Shown here in pieces: positions 12,801 to 24,984 of a stretch of DNA of 64,000 nucleotides. Below the pieces are notes generated by a model, which was not told the origin of the DNA, made no database searches, and was given only the letters and a program-made list of their open reading frames with translations. Both the position numbers and the translations under genes were made by a program. The stretch is from Laetmonice hystrix (Eukaryota), in assembly GCA_965235115.1 (NCBI GenBank), contig OZ249437.1:16492001-16556000 (forward strand), written 5' to 3'. Position 1 is the first letter of the stretch, and every line of letters starts with the position of its first letter.

Positions 12801-15800
12801 TACAGCTCAAAAAGTCTATGTAGGCTGTAAGTACACAGGATAACTTGTGACAAGGAAATTTTAAATCAATTTGGAATCTCTGGTACTGGCTTACAAGGTT
12901 TGGAAACACTGCAGGAGAGTAAAAACTTCCATGATGTTTTGCAAAGATAAACAGTTCAGTGATAGGTGGAGATACTCACCCGGGTTTGATCAACCCCTTC
13001 CATGGCATCATCAATCACCACCTCCTTCAGTTTCACACCTTCCCCTTGGTCCTCCTCATCTTCCTCCCTCCAGCCGTCCTCCCCTCCCTCCTCCCAGTTA
13101 CCCTGCCCTCCCACCCTGCCCTCCACCTCCTGCGGGTTACTGTTCATGTCCTGTTGTACGACCCCATAGGGTTTCCCACGGTCAGGCCGTAGACCCCCAT
13201 TCCCCCACCTCCTGATGTGACCAACATGCTGTGTGTCAGCCAAGTTTTGCTCCAGAGCCATTCGCTGATCGTATTCCTCATATTCTTCACGGTTCTCCCT
13301 GCCATCGGCTACAGCCAGGTGTTGGCCATTGATGTCCAGATAATCAGCCTCCTCTGGTCGAGTCTCGGCCGCCGGGTTAAAGACAAAAGTCAGAGGTCCA
13401 CCCCTCAGTCCCTTGTTGGCGTCTCTAGACAGGTGGGAATACTTCTGAACCTGTAGCGTGTCATCAGATAAATCGTCAGTCAACAGGGCTGGGTTTTTGT
13501 TGTCATTCAACCTTTTCTCAATCCCCCCATCATCTCTCAGGATCTGTTCAAGTTCTACTTTGTTTGGGGCTGTGAGTGAGGCCAGCGGTCGAGTCTCAGG
13601 GCCAACCAGAGCTCCATCATTTTTAGGTTTCTGAAATCGTAGAACAGTGTCCTTCTTCTGGTTGTCTTTGTCCTTGACCTGACCTTTGGATCCACCTTTG
13701 TTTATCGACACCAATGTTTTTGATTGTCTCCTGGACTCAGCGAGGTATTGGGAAATGGTGTTCTTGTGTCTGTTAGCAGTCCGTCTCCCTGCTGCCTTGC
13801 CATTTGCAACATTCATCTTTTGACGACCCAACATTTTCCCCATCTCCTTCAAGTCGCTCTCTCCATGTAAGAATCCCATAGCTCGTCTCACTTCCTTCTC
13901 ATCTCGCCTCAAAATGGCGTCATTGTTGGTCCTTGGGAGTGAGGCCTGGTGACTGTCGTCCTGGTCCCCGTCCCGCTGCTCGCGTTCCCACCCACGGTCA
14001 AACCTGGCCAGTTCCTGGTTGGCCTGCACCAGGAGGGGGTCGCTGCCATGGAGACCGTCGATGTTCTCACGGTCCCAGTGTTTACCCATGGACTGAAACT
14101 GTTGGTCATCCCTCTGGACGGCTGTCGGCGAGTCACCCTCCACTCGGATCCACTGCTGAGCGACACCATCCACCTGAGAGTTGGCCACCGTCGCATGGCC
14201 CTGGTTACTTGGTTTGGCTGCGTTGTCAGCCCTCTCTGTTGCTGTCGTTGATCGAGGGATAGAGTTAGCAATAATGGGTGAAAGTCTGTGTCGGGTGTTT
14301 TTCTGCCAGAGTGTCATGTCACGTGGATCAACACCGACTGGTTTGGGTAACACCCGTCCAATATGTTGAGTAGGCTTTACGTGGTCAGTCAAACGTTTGT
14401 TATAAGTAGTCTGTATCTTGTCATGGTGATCCTACAAATATATCACACCTTCAGTTCAGATTCCCGAGTTGAGGGACACAAGACTTCTAGACATTTGTCT
14501 ATAAAAACATACTTTGGGAACCTTTTCCCACTCGCCTCAGAATTTCAAAAGACAGTGATGAATAATGCAAGGCTTTTAAGCATCAATGGCACAGTACTCC
14601 TATCTGTGTTTTCTCTGTGTAATTACTAGTACTCTGCCATTCTTAGTCTAGCTGGCTCTTCATGTTCACAAACTAACCTTGTCAAATTCTTGAGTAGTCT
14701 TATGTTTTTCATCTCCAAATATCTGTTGAACTTGCTGATGCACCAAGCTGGCTTCACCATATGGATCGAGGGCCACATCGTCTTCCTGAACACATAAAAT
14801 AAATATATAAATCAGATGATTTCTCAGACTGACCTAAAATAATTACTTCGAGAAGAAAACTAGCATTGCAAAAAAATTCTAAATATATGTGTCCACATCG
14901 ACCAGATTGCTACCATCTTAAGTAGATTGTAGTAATGGCTACTGACCCCCAGAGTTCTGATTGTGATACTGGGTCCCATGGCAACCAGTGACCTCAGGTT
15001 AGTCTGGGGAGTGTAGGGAAGTTGTAGGCCTGCCACCAAGATCTTACGGTATGTCTCATCTGTCGCTCCTAGAACATAAAAACTTACTGAGAGAATTTCA
15101 TTACCCATGTCATCCCATCTACCTAACATCTAATATTATTAGTAAAAGAAATCCTCGATAATTATGAAAGTCAGATGCCGGCTAATACTGGGTTGATTTT
15201 TATCTTAACGAAGTGCTCTGCTTTGATGCGGTATGACTGACCAAGGCTATGTATAAAGCTGTAAGATCATGTACGTAAGCAAATGTGGGGCAACTAATAG
15301 TACAACTATCCGTTTGCTTGGACCTCCACCTAAATTTTTCATTATATTTCACACGTGAACATATACCATGAAAACCCGTCAAAAAAAGCAACCTTTATGG
15401 CATTTCAACATGAACTTAAGCCTAGTCCACAGTCGATGTAACCAACAGTACTGACCTAGTTTCACAAGTATGTCGAGTGGTACAGAGTTAACGTCAACTG
15501 GTGCTGCCATCTCTGTGTCATCTGTGAAGATCATCGTAAAGTTTGGCATCTGTTTCCCAAACTCTAACACACACTGAAGATATAACAATAACATTGCTGT
15601 AGCAATGCAGCTTGCTACAAGAGAATCACCTGACTTGGAATAAGACACAGGCAAATGTCTTTGTTTTTATTCACCAGCTTCTTTTCACTAATATCTCAAA
15701 ATCAACCCCCATGATTCTGATACTCAGCGCCGGAAAAATTTCTGGGACTTTCTTCGAGAACCTTTCAAGGATTTTAATCTTAACCATGGCCACATTTGGG

Positions 15801-18604
15801 ACTAGTGGTGAATTATGAACAATAACTACACAAGGAGTCTCGAGAAGAGATTTCTGCTGCCAGTGAGATTCTGTATTTGCTACTGATTTCATGCCATGAA
15901 CTGTTTTCTGATTTCCTGATGCCATGAGAACCATACCTTACCTGAGTGTGAGCTCGTAACACATCACACAGTGCGTCAGGCAGCTGTCGTTGGCCACGGT
16001 TGACCACCACCTTGACCACAGCCTCTGAGTTCCAACCCTGCTGAAGGGTGCCCACTGACCGCAGCACTCCATGGTTGATCGCCTGTATGCTGCAGTCCAA
16101 ACTGGCCATCTGGCAAGACTTTCGTACCAGCTCACCCACTGAATCCCAGTTCTGCTCAAAGAAATCCTTTGAAAAAAAGCAAATACAAAAATACACCTAT
16201 AAGGCAAAAAAAAAAGTTCCCGGTTTTTGATAGGAAGCAAAAGTGGTGCGGTGATGCAGGGTTGTTTTTTTAATAATTTTTTGGAGGGATACAGGTGGCT
16301 ACAAGAATTATCATGTAAAATGTGTCCATAAACAAGGACCATTACTTTGGCTGTCATCACTTTGAATACAGCACACTCCCATTGCAGTGTTAATGAAATT
16401 TCCATTACAGCAATAGTTAGTTTCTAGCCTTACCGCTAGGTGGCAGCACTATTCACACATTCATGCTACGTGAGGGCAAGAAAAAAAGCACTGATGCACT
16501 GCTTTTTGGGCCAAAGGTCATTTCTTTAAAAATAAAACTACCACGGTATTAAAAGATAGCAAAGCACCAAGCTGGCAATAACAAAAAGATGGGTAGATGG
16601 AAGAGTCTAAGGACGGACCCGTACTTACAAGATGTCTGCCCTCAATCTTTTCAGCAATAATAAATGTTTGTGTTGCTATGGCAATGAGGCGAGCAAGGAG
16701 TTCCTCAAACTCGTGAGGAAGCAGGGAACCAAGCAATGACTTCAGTTTTGTCAGCACCATGTTTCCAAACATCACCTGGAAAGGACCACGACAAAGTCCC
16801 CTTTTTACAATCCCAGCCTGTTCAAGACTGACACAGCTGAGATTGGTTATGCAATTACACACAAGTATAACAGTGAAGTTATCCTACTTCTAAACAACAC
16901 ACAGATTTTGGAATTTTTCTCATTTTCAAACGGCATACTTTCCATTTTTCAAGGCTTAGACTTTTTCAGTCTGGAATTCCATCATTGCCCTGTTTCCCAC
17001 TTGTTGGGGTTTTAGTGAACAATTTCAACTGATCAGTGTGGTTATAATTTCATATCCAAAAACCATACTTGTTGGTCCAGGTAGAGGGTTTCTGCCAGAG
17101 CGGGAATCTCTTCAGCGTCCACTCTCCCGACATAGAGATTTCCCAGCCCCTCCTTGTGAGCCGTCTGCCAGACATACTTGACAAATTCATCTGCCAGCAA
17201 TCAAAACATGCAGTCAGTATTAATATAACCTTGTAACACATGACAGTGGAATATCATCATTATCATTTATATGCCACTCTTTTTTTATCATCAAACTCCT
17301 TCATTACTTTGCTGTGTTCCAGTGATAAGACTGACTGCAGTGATGCTCGGGTGTCTGCTGGCAATGTGGGCAACTGTTGTTCCAGTCCCGACCTCAATCA
17401 CACTGCCCTGGGTCAGTAAGGTTTCTATTCTGTCTGCGTGATGTGAATACTGCGAGCCACCACCAGGGTCATAGCTGATCTCTGCAAACAAAGAGTTCAA
17501 TGTGTGTTAACAAATCCACGGTATGGCCTAATTTGACAAACTTCTTGGCAGAAGATTTAAGAATTCCTTCCTAGGTCTCACCAGTTTCAGGAAGTGTGCC
17601 TTTATTTGCAGCTGCCCAGAGTCGATTCATGAGGAAAACTCTGCCAGACACGTGACTTGCCTGCTTGTCCCACTGCAGCATGGCAACACAAAATTTATCA
17701 AAAACTGAGCACGATACAGTTATGACATTAGATTATATACCTTTTAAAATATATAAATCTTAACAGTTTTACCAATTTGCATCACACATAATGAACCAGA
17801 ATGTTAAAAAAATGCTTCATAGGCCTACTGGCACGGTCGCAGTATTAAATGGAAAATCTGTCAATTTGAAAGAACGTAATCTACTTAAAGCGACAGTCTC
17901 GTCCTTCAGCATTGTGCGATAGGCTGGCCATCCTAACGGTCGATGTGCTATTTGTAGATTTGATAGTACAGTAAACCTCGCATGGTCTAATTACGGACGA
18001 GACTGCCGCTTTAATGTTTGGGAATACCACAAAAGCACAAAGCACAAAAGCACATGTGTAAATTGTAATCAAAGACTGGCTTCTGCAAACCGCAATTTTA
18101 AAAACCCCTGATCCTGAATAAGTATCAATGAAAATGGGCAGTGAGCATGCTCATCACATCAGTCAATGGCTTGCCTAAAATAATCACCATTTCTTTCCTC
18201 TGTTCAGACATCTCATTGTCTTTCTTCAACTTTGAGACCAAGTCATCAAATTCTATCAGACTTCCATTGCCATGGTATCCTGACTCTCTGCCACTAACCA
18301 CCGTCGTATAAAAGTCGGTGTATCGCTGGAAGTCCAGCAGTTTGTCTGGTCCCTCGCCACCTCTTGTTATCCAGGGTCGATCCCGTGACCTCTTGACCCC
18401 ACCGCCACCGTTTTTCTGGGATCCCAGTCTCCAAGCCTGCAGGCGTTCAGCATCCTGGTGGCTAATACTAGCAAATGACTGTCTTCCAACATTATGTGTT
18501 TTTACAGTTCCATATTTGAGATGCCCCTTGTCCTCCTGAAGGAGCTCTTGTGAATGTGTAATGAGAATTAACAGTGAAAATACATTACACACTGTGTGTT
18601 TCAT
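824..18604 (-). CDS. Uncharacterised ~1960-aa secretory-pathway protein with three tandem methyltransferase-like + kinase-like (WbdD-like) modules and a Cys-rich C-terminus; 33 exons
   Basis: Hand-spliced exons, all GT-AG and phase-consistent (minus strand, 5' to 3'): 18604-18188, 17672-17582, 17481-17308, 17190-17069, 16775-16629, 16166-15942, 15573-15456, 15068-14947, 14785-14678, 14431-12980, 12708-12570, 11260-10994 (least certain, weak acceptor), 10395-10331, 10002-9852, 9356-9248, 8100-7992, 7627-7445, 6849-6712, 6309-6140, 5643-5475, 5207-4928, 4751-4633, 4517-4437, 4233-4168, 3756-3634, 3361-3220, 2620-2507, 2260-2178, 1978-1911, 1721-1658, 1454-1343, 1187-1117, 907-824 (TGA at 826-824). 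Total 5883 nt with no internal stop. N-terminus MKHTVCNVFSLLILITHSQ is signal-peptide-like. MTase-like segments: VIEVGTG...GLGNLYVGRVDAEEI; FSVFTYGGG...KLALTYHNANVLSL...FRYQVLG; FSFFEYYSSNG...KFPNSTLVAL...FLRYQLIG. Kinase-like segment LQLPLYEDMAPWNIVFDAGKLAYIDYD. Confidence 0.8.
3730..3970. repeat. Tandem duplication of a ~125-bp unit spanning an exon acceptor
   Basis: GTTGATGTTAGCGTCAGCCTTGGCACTCTGTGGGT...CACTGCAGCAGTGTATT occurs at 3730 and again at 3856. Confidence 0.9.
5827..6087. mobile_element. Harbinger/Tourist-like MITE
   Basis: TAA flanks at 5824-5826 and 6088-6090; imperfect TIRs AGCC..GTACACT; repeated TCG(C/T)GACAGTGTAC inside. Confidence 0.45.
6925..7193. mobile_element. Harbinger-like MITE
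   Basis: TIRs GGGCCTGTCTTACTAAACATCGTTA / TAACGATATTTAGTAAGACGGGCCC, flanked by CAG and CTG (CWG type). Confidence 0.7.
7637..7900. repeat. Degenerate (TCAA)n / AATC-rich microsatellite region
   Basis: Many CAATCAAT and TCAAGGCATC units in the intron next to exon 7627-7445. Confidence 0.75.
8102..8285. repeat. Short tandem duplication (~60-70-bp unit, 2-3 copies)
   Basis: CAACTCTCAAGAGACAAAGGTTTTCGTTGCAGACTAAGAAAACTACCAGCTTTCTCC is repeated. Confidence 0.8.
11841..12104. mobile_element. MITE-like fold-back element with ~65-bp inverted repeats
   Basis: CTTTTATCTTCAGCAACACCATGTTAAAATTTCATGTTT (left) versus AAACATGAAATTTTAACATGGTGTTGCTAAAGATAAAAG (right); TTAA at both outer ends. Confidence 0.65.
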
Positions 18605-18845
18605 CTTGCCAAAGATCAACCAGCTGAGAACCCGACTTCCGCGCCATCTGGTGAGAGACTCGCCGGAAATAGATCAGAGATCCTACTTTTTTAAATTAGT
18701 ATCACTAATAATCATAAATATACTTACATCCTTTATAATATTTTTCAAAATCTCTATAATAAACCTTTATTGAAATAATGACATCAACCCACAGATCAAA
18801 ACTCGTACACGTCGACTTCCGGTCTTGCCGAAAGCTGAAAACAAC
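18605..18845. promoter_or_regulatory. Bidirectional promoter / 5' UTRs shared by the MTase-kinase gene and HM13
   Basis: 241 bp between divergent ATGs. ETS-type cores ACTTCCG (18635), CCGGAAAT (18663) and ACTTCCGG (18815); CTCF-like GCGCCATCTGGTG (18641). Confidence 0.7.
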
Positions 18846-21800
18846 ATGGCGGAATTGAATGAAACTCTGGCGGCTGCCCTCAATGAATCGGCGCAGAATG
18901 CCACAGGAAAGCGTCCTTCGACTCCAGAGGGGATGGCCGTGGCGTACGGGAGTCTTGTTATCATGGCTCTCCTTCCGATATTCTTTGGTTCCTTCAGATC
19001 CGTGAGATATCAAAAGGAGCAGAAGGTGAGTGGAAGCCGGTGGGTCGAGTCCGTGCTGTGTCGGCCCGGTGAGGGTTGGGGGAGGGGGGGGGGGCTGGAG
19101 ACTGAACTGAGAGATTCACTTAGAATGGTTTTTGAAATGAATAACAGGACTGTCACAAAGTCGCTATTGTCCTTTGAATCAAAATATGGGGACACTGCAT
19201 TTAATATGTTTTCCATGTCCTGGAACAACATTTATGTTAGCTAGATAATCGTGCTAGAAACCCAGTGAAACGTGAAGGGCCACAACAGTCAACATGGTGG
19301 TGGTTGCCATATGGCACCGTATGGACAAATTTCTAGCAATATCTAGACCCAATTTACAGCCAGTCCATGAAAGTGATTTCACAAATAAGAAATATTTCCA
19401 AGGTGTAGCAAGCAGTTCTAAAACCTGCCCTGGTAATACCAATAGTCTACAGTATCGTTATGGTGCATGCAAGATTCTTAAAAATAAGAGTCGCAAACAA
19501 AAGTTTCCCAAATTATTTTCTCGCAAAGATAATATTTAAATTTATTTTTGATGTAAACCAGTGAAAGCAGATTTTTTGATTGTAGTTGAGCAGCTCTACT
19601 CGTGATAATTTTATCCTTTATGTAGTCAAGTTGACCAGCATGCAGTCTGAGAAGTCTTCATATTCATATATTGCAGTGATAAAACAGACAGAATATCAAG
19701 AATGGGAAGAATTTCACCAAATTTAATGTAACATCACATATATTTTCTGTAGCTTTTTCAAGAGAAATATGTTTGTTAACATCATTCATAATGTCAGTCG
19801 GCCATCCATCAACCCTTCCACAGTATTACTCTTAGATAAAAATGGTATGGCTTTTCCATTGGAAGAACAGGCAGCCAATAGAATGTTCTAAATATTGCTT
19901 TGTTCCAGGCGTCAGGGGAAAAACCAGAGACAATGTCAAACAAGGATGCAGCAATGTTTCCATTAATAGCCAGTGTTACACTATTTGGGATTTACATATT
20001 CTTCCAGGTCAGAATTTTAATTGGTAACCGTTATGATAAATTTGCCTAATTATAATCAGATACAAAGTATTTACTTAATCATGTTCTTATGGTTTTTGTA
20101 TTCATACTCATAGTCAGGAGTAAGTTATGGCTAATTAGTGATTTTATCAAGTGTAATGCATTCAAATTGAATTGAAATGTAAATATTTGACAGAGTGTTG
20201 ATTATGTATGTATTCTCTAAAAACTTTTTGGTGTGAGATCCGACAGATGTGCTTTAGAGTTTTAACCCTATCAATGTGTGTCTACTCTTACATTTTCAGC
20301 TGTTCTCCAAAGAGTACATAAATCTACTCCTGACTGTGTACTTCTTTTTCCTTGGTGTGCTTGCTTTAGCCCACATTATGAGGTATGTAGCAGTGAACTA
20401 CATTGGCTCTAAACCTTCAACAATTTGGATCGAATCCAAAGGAGTTATGTATTTCTCAAGTCTATCAGAAAATGTATTTATGCCATTTATAAGATAAATA
20501 GGACAGGCTCTAGACTGTGTCTCATGTATGTTCTCCACCGTTAACATTGCAGCCCTTTGGTTAACAAGCTCTTGCCAGACGCATTCCCAAATTCTCCCTA
20601 CCATCTGATCCTAACCGAGGGCAAGGATGAAAAGAAAGAGGGTACGTTTATTGCTATCACTGAATTGCTGTGTTTGCCTGGTCAATCCCAATATATGTTG
20701 TACTTCAGAATAAAAAAAATGAAGTTATACATATCAGTTAAATTTTAGTCAAGTTTTACATTTCATCTTGTTTCAGATTTGATGAACTATGAGTTTGATA
20801 GAAGAGACTTGGTGTGCCTTGCACTGTGTACAGTTGTAGGAGTCTGGTATCTCATGAAAAAGGTAATTATTGGCTGAGCTGCATTGTAACTGGTATTTTC
20901 TACATGTAGATAATTACAGGTCAGATCATTAAGTGATCCTAAGAATCTTTTAACATATACATTTGATGAGAGGATGAGATATGTTATGCAAGTCTTTACA
21001 AGCCAGAAAATTAAAAATGTATTTTAAAATTATTTTAGTCTGTTGTGTTGTTAATATTCCTTTGCCAACTTCCAGCACTGGGTGGCCAACAATCTGTTTG
21101 GTCTAGCTTTTGCTGTAAATGGTGTCGAGTTGCTTCAATTGAATCGTGTCTCAACAGGCTGCATTCTGTTGTGTGGTCTCTTCATCTATGACATCTTCTG
21201 GGTAGGTATCTGGGATACAATGATGTTCTCTTGTCATTCTACTCTCAATCTATCTCAGGTCCAAGTCTAGGAAACTACCTGATCATCTCTTGCATTTTAT
21301 AAGCAGTTAGATTTTCTGTAAAAAAAAGAGCAATCCTGTATGGGACATCAGTATGCAAGTCTTTAGTTTGTTCCACTGAAATACTGTTTATGGGGAAAAT
21401 TAACCTTTACCGTCATGGTGTACATATACATTGAAACCAATATGACTCAATAAGAGTACATGTATTTTGTTCTGCTTGGTCTAGGTGTTCGGGACAAATG
21501 TCATGGTGACAGTGGCCAAGTCCTTTGAGGCACCAATCAAGTGTGAGTATGCTAGTAGCTTAATTTTTTTAATTATCTAATTTTACCAGAATTTCTTTTT
21601 CAAGTATGGAGGTAAATGTATTTAAAAATGTTCCCACAATAAAATTAATACTAATGTTATTTAGGAAAACATAAAGAATTTGCATTGGGATAACCTTCTT
21701 CCTTTCTTGTTGTAGTGGTGTTTCCACAGGACCTCTTGGAAAATGGTCTCTCAGCAAACAACTTTGCAATGCTCGGTCTTGGAGACATAGTCATTCCAGG

Positions 21801-22546
21801 CATCTTCATTGCTCTACTGCTGCGTTATGACGTCAGTGTCAGCAAGAACCGGCGGACGTATTTCTATGCCAGCTTTATCGCATACTTCCTGGGGCTTGTT
21901 GCAACCATCTTTGTGATGCATGTCTTCAAGGCAGCACAGGTAAGCCTGTGAGGAATCGGTAACCAATGGACTGATTCAGCGCAAGAAAATTATATCTTTT
22001 TAGGCATGGTCTGTCCTGTGTTAGATTTGTTACCATTTAAAACAATGATTTAAACACATACAGTGACATTTCTTTTTAAACTCCATGTACATTGCATTGA
22101 TAAACAACATCAATAGTGTCAGTGTAGAAACTGATGTTTTTGTATTCAAAACATGACTCAATTACCTTTTCAGCCGGCACTGCTCTACCTTGTTCCTGCA
22201 TGTCTGGGAGTCCCGATCTGCTTGGCAGCTGTCAAAGGCGAACTAAAACAGCTCTTTGGGTGAGTAATTGTAACCCACACAAAGACATTGGCCAAGAGTA
22301 TCTCATCTCAAACCATGATTGATGAACAATACAGCAGTCGAACCCCATTTATTATTGAAGCACAAATTAACAAGATCTGACAGTATTCTTATATAATTAT
22401 ATTATAGTAGAGAGTCTGAGTATATAACTAGTAATTCTTAGAACGCACTTGTGGACATTGTTTCCAGTTATGAAGACAACCCAGAAGAACAAAAGGATGA
22501 GGACGTGACAAAGACAACCAAAAATGACGTAAAGAAGGAAAAGTGA
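18846..22546 (+). CDS. HM13: Signal peptide peptidase (minor histocompatibility antigen H13, presenilin-like A22B aspartyl intramembrane protease), 369 aa, 10 exons
   Basis: Exons 18846-19025, 19909-20007, 20300-20382, 20553-20641, 20777-20862, 21076-21201, 21485-21542, 21716-21939, 22174-22259, 22468-22546 (1110 nt, phase-consistent, GT-AG). Catalytic YD (LFIYDIFW), LGLGD and QPALLY motifs are present, and the C-terminus is KKEK (ER-retrieval dilysine). Confidence 0.97.
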
Positions 22547-24984
22547 TGTTGACAACCTAACAGTAACCAGGAATTAGACCATTTTTCTTTTACCATGACG
22601 TTTGGTCAGGTAAAAGACTCGGGACACCTGACAGCATGTGATGCATATATTTTAAAAGGAATGTGTGCTTGGTCCATACTGCATTGTTTTAAAAAATTAA
22701 GGCTACTACTAGTCTAATGGCTTCCAGACAACTAGGGACCTGTTGTGTTATAATATCTTCAGGAATGAAATGATCAGTCGTGCAAATGTGTGCAGTTTTA
22801 AGGAGATCAATTTAAAATCCCAGCAAACCTTTTAGTCATTACGCACTGAAATGGAATATTTTATATATTAATACATAATTCAGCAGAAGTTGCACATCAA
22901 TTCTGAAACATTTAAAGCCTAATCTACTTAATGTTTAGATATCATGAATCAGTCGACACTTTCCACATCAAGTATATCTTCAGTTTATAAGTCTGTCACA
23001 TAATTATTTGAAAGGGCGTGTGAGAGATTGTGGCACACAGTGTACATGGTGCCAAGTGTATTCATACAGAATATTATTTTTGTGTATGCTTTTATCATTC
23101 GGTTTTCTCGATTACAAAATGCTCCTTTGACCTTAGAAGCATAATTAGTTGGTCCATATGATGTAATGGATGTTACTACAATGGTTTGAATGAGTTGATT
23201 TGGGTCCATGGAGTAACATGAATTGGGATGATGTTATGAGTGGCACTCCTTAAGTTTCAGAGAGCTCTAATATATGATTCATTGACTTTCCACAATAGGT
23301 CAGTCTCAAGATGATTGAGTAAGTCGGTAACAGACAGGCTGGGGTATTGTGGGTATTAGTTAAGTTATTGCCCTGAATAATTAGGATGGAAGTTAATGAT
23401 CTTAACTGCTGTTTGTGGCTACACAAGGCTGACTGAGGGCCATATTCCTTTTATACTGTATGGCGAGAACATTAGTGCAATGTGAAACTACCATGTCATT
23501 ATCTGGAACATTTCCTAAAAGTTTTACCTAATGCTTTTTTCAAGCCCAGTATTCTTGGGCTAGCTGCCAAGGCACCTTGTTCTGCGGCAGACATTAGATG
23601 CCCCCCCCCCCCCAAAAAAAAAAAAAAAAGGTTACTACATGTATAAATATTAATGTAACAAGAAAACGTAACTCTGTCCTCTCCCTATGCACAGTGTGCA
23701 GAGGGCTTTCCTAAAGAAAAATGATTTAGGGGTCGCATCTGAACAGGTTCAAGAACTGTTACAGTATATATCAAGACGTTGGTCGAATGAACATAATTAT
23801 AAGGTCATAATTAATTGTTTTGCCAAAAAGAAAGTTTTTACCGGCCAACAGGTAGGTATGATGATTTGGACGTTGGTGAACTCGGAAACATTTTATAGAC
23901 ATTTTGTCCTAAAGGCTCTCTGAAAGGGCATCATACATAAGGGATGAATCAAGAATAAGACAATGGACTTGACAAATTTCACAAAAATTACTAGCCGTGA
24001 CCTACTAGGCTTGTGTAAAGTTATGCGTTTACAAAAGTAATACGTGCCAACTTTGGAAATATAATCTGGGGCCGAAAAATCGAGGCAGTCATGAATGCCT
24101 GCGCCTAACTCAAATAAAGAGAACGAGACATTCAGGAAGAAGGTCCCAGAAACAGGCCAACTCCTGGGGGATATGAAAAGAAAGGGGGAAAGTATCTGCT
24201 ACTAGGGGTTCAAGATGGTTTTATGAAGGTCAAGTCATTCTCATCAGTGTCAGTCTATGTCTTGAACGTGTCTGGTGTAGCCGTCAATAATTGCTTGTAT
24301 TACCCAGTCTAGGCAGAATGAGTGACAAAACGGTCTGTCCTTGAACCGGAGTGCTAGGGGAATCTGTACGCCTTAATTAATGTCCATGAGATTGACACAC
24401 GGTTAAATCAATACATCGGTCCGGGATGGGGGGGAGGGCACACTACTGAGGGACGTACATGTAGTACGTAATCACGACATAACGTAACTTATAATCAAAT
24501 TGGGGGGAGAGCACGTGGTATAGGCGTGCGTATAGGATAACTGTTACATATTTCAAAATGTTGTGATGTACTTTGGTGGTGGATCCAGAGGTATTTTGAT
24601 TACGTTGTATTCAAGACATATATGATGCCTAGGCGGCAAGGATGGACGACAGACAGTCTGCGGCTGATCAAGAAAACAGTGTGAAGTAAACAAATGTTGT
24701 TCTCGCTACCTGATTGTCGTCATGGATACTGGGACCATATAGAACGGTTCAATATATGCCCGAAATAAATTGTCATGCATACCTTCAGTTATTGTCAGTC
24801 TTTTACCCACCCGTCCTGGAATGTGTGGTTAACAGAAAGCCAGGGGTGCGTTTTAATATCAAAAGATATCTTTGCCAAAGGTATCTTTTGGACTACATGT
24901 AGTGCAGTCTGGATGGGGGGGGGGGGGGGCGAGTGTTTAAATAACGTGGCTCCAGCGAGGTTTTCAAAGATATCTTTGGGCTAT

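Noticed and set aside
13217-14369. Several plus-strand and alternate-frame ORFs
   Set aside because: They are shadows of the GC-richer 1452-nt coding exon on the minus strand.
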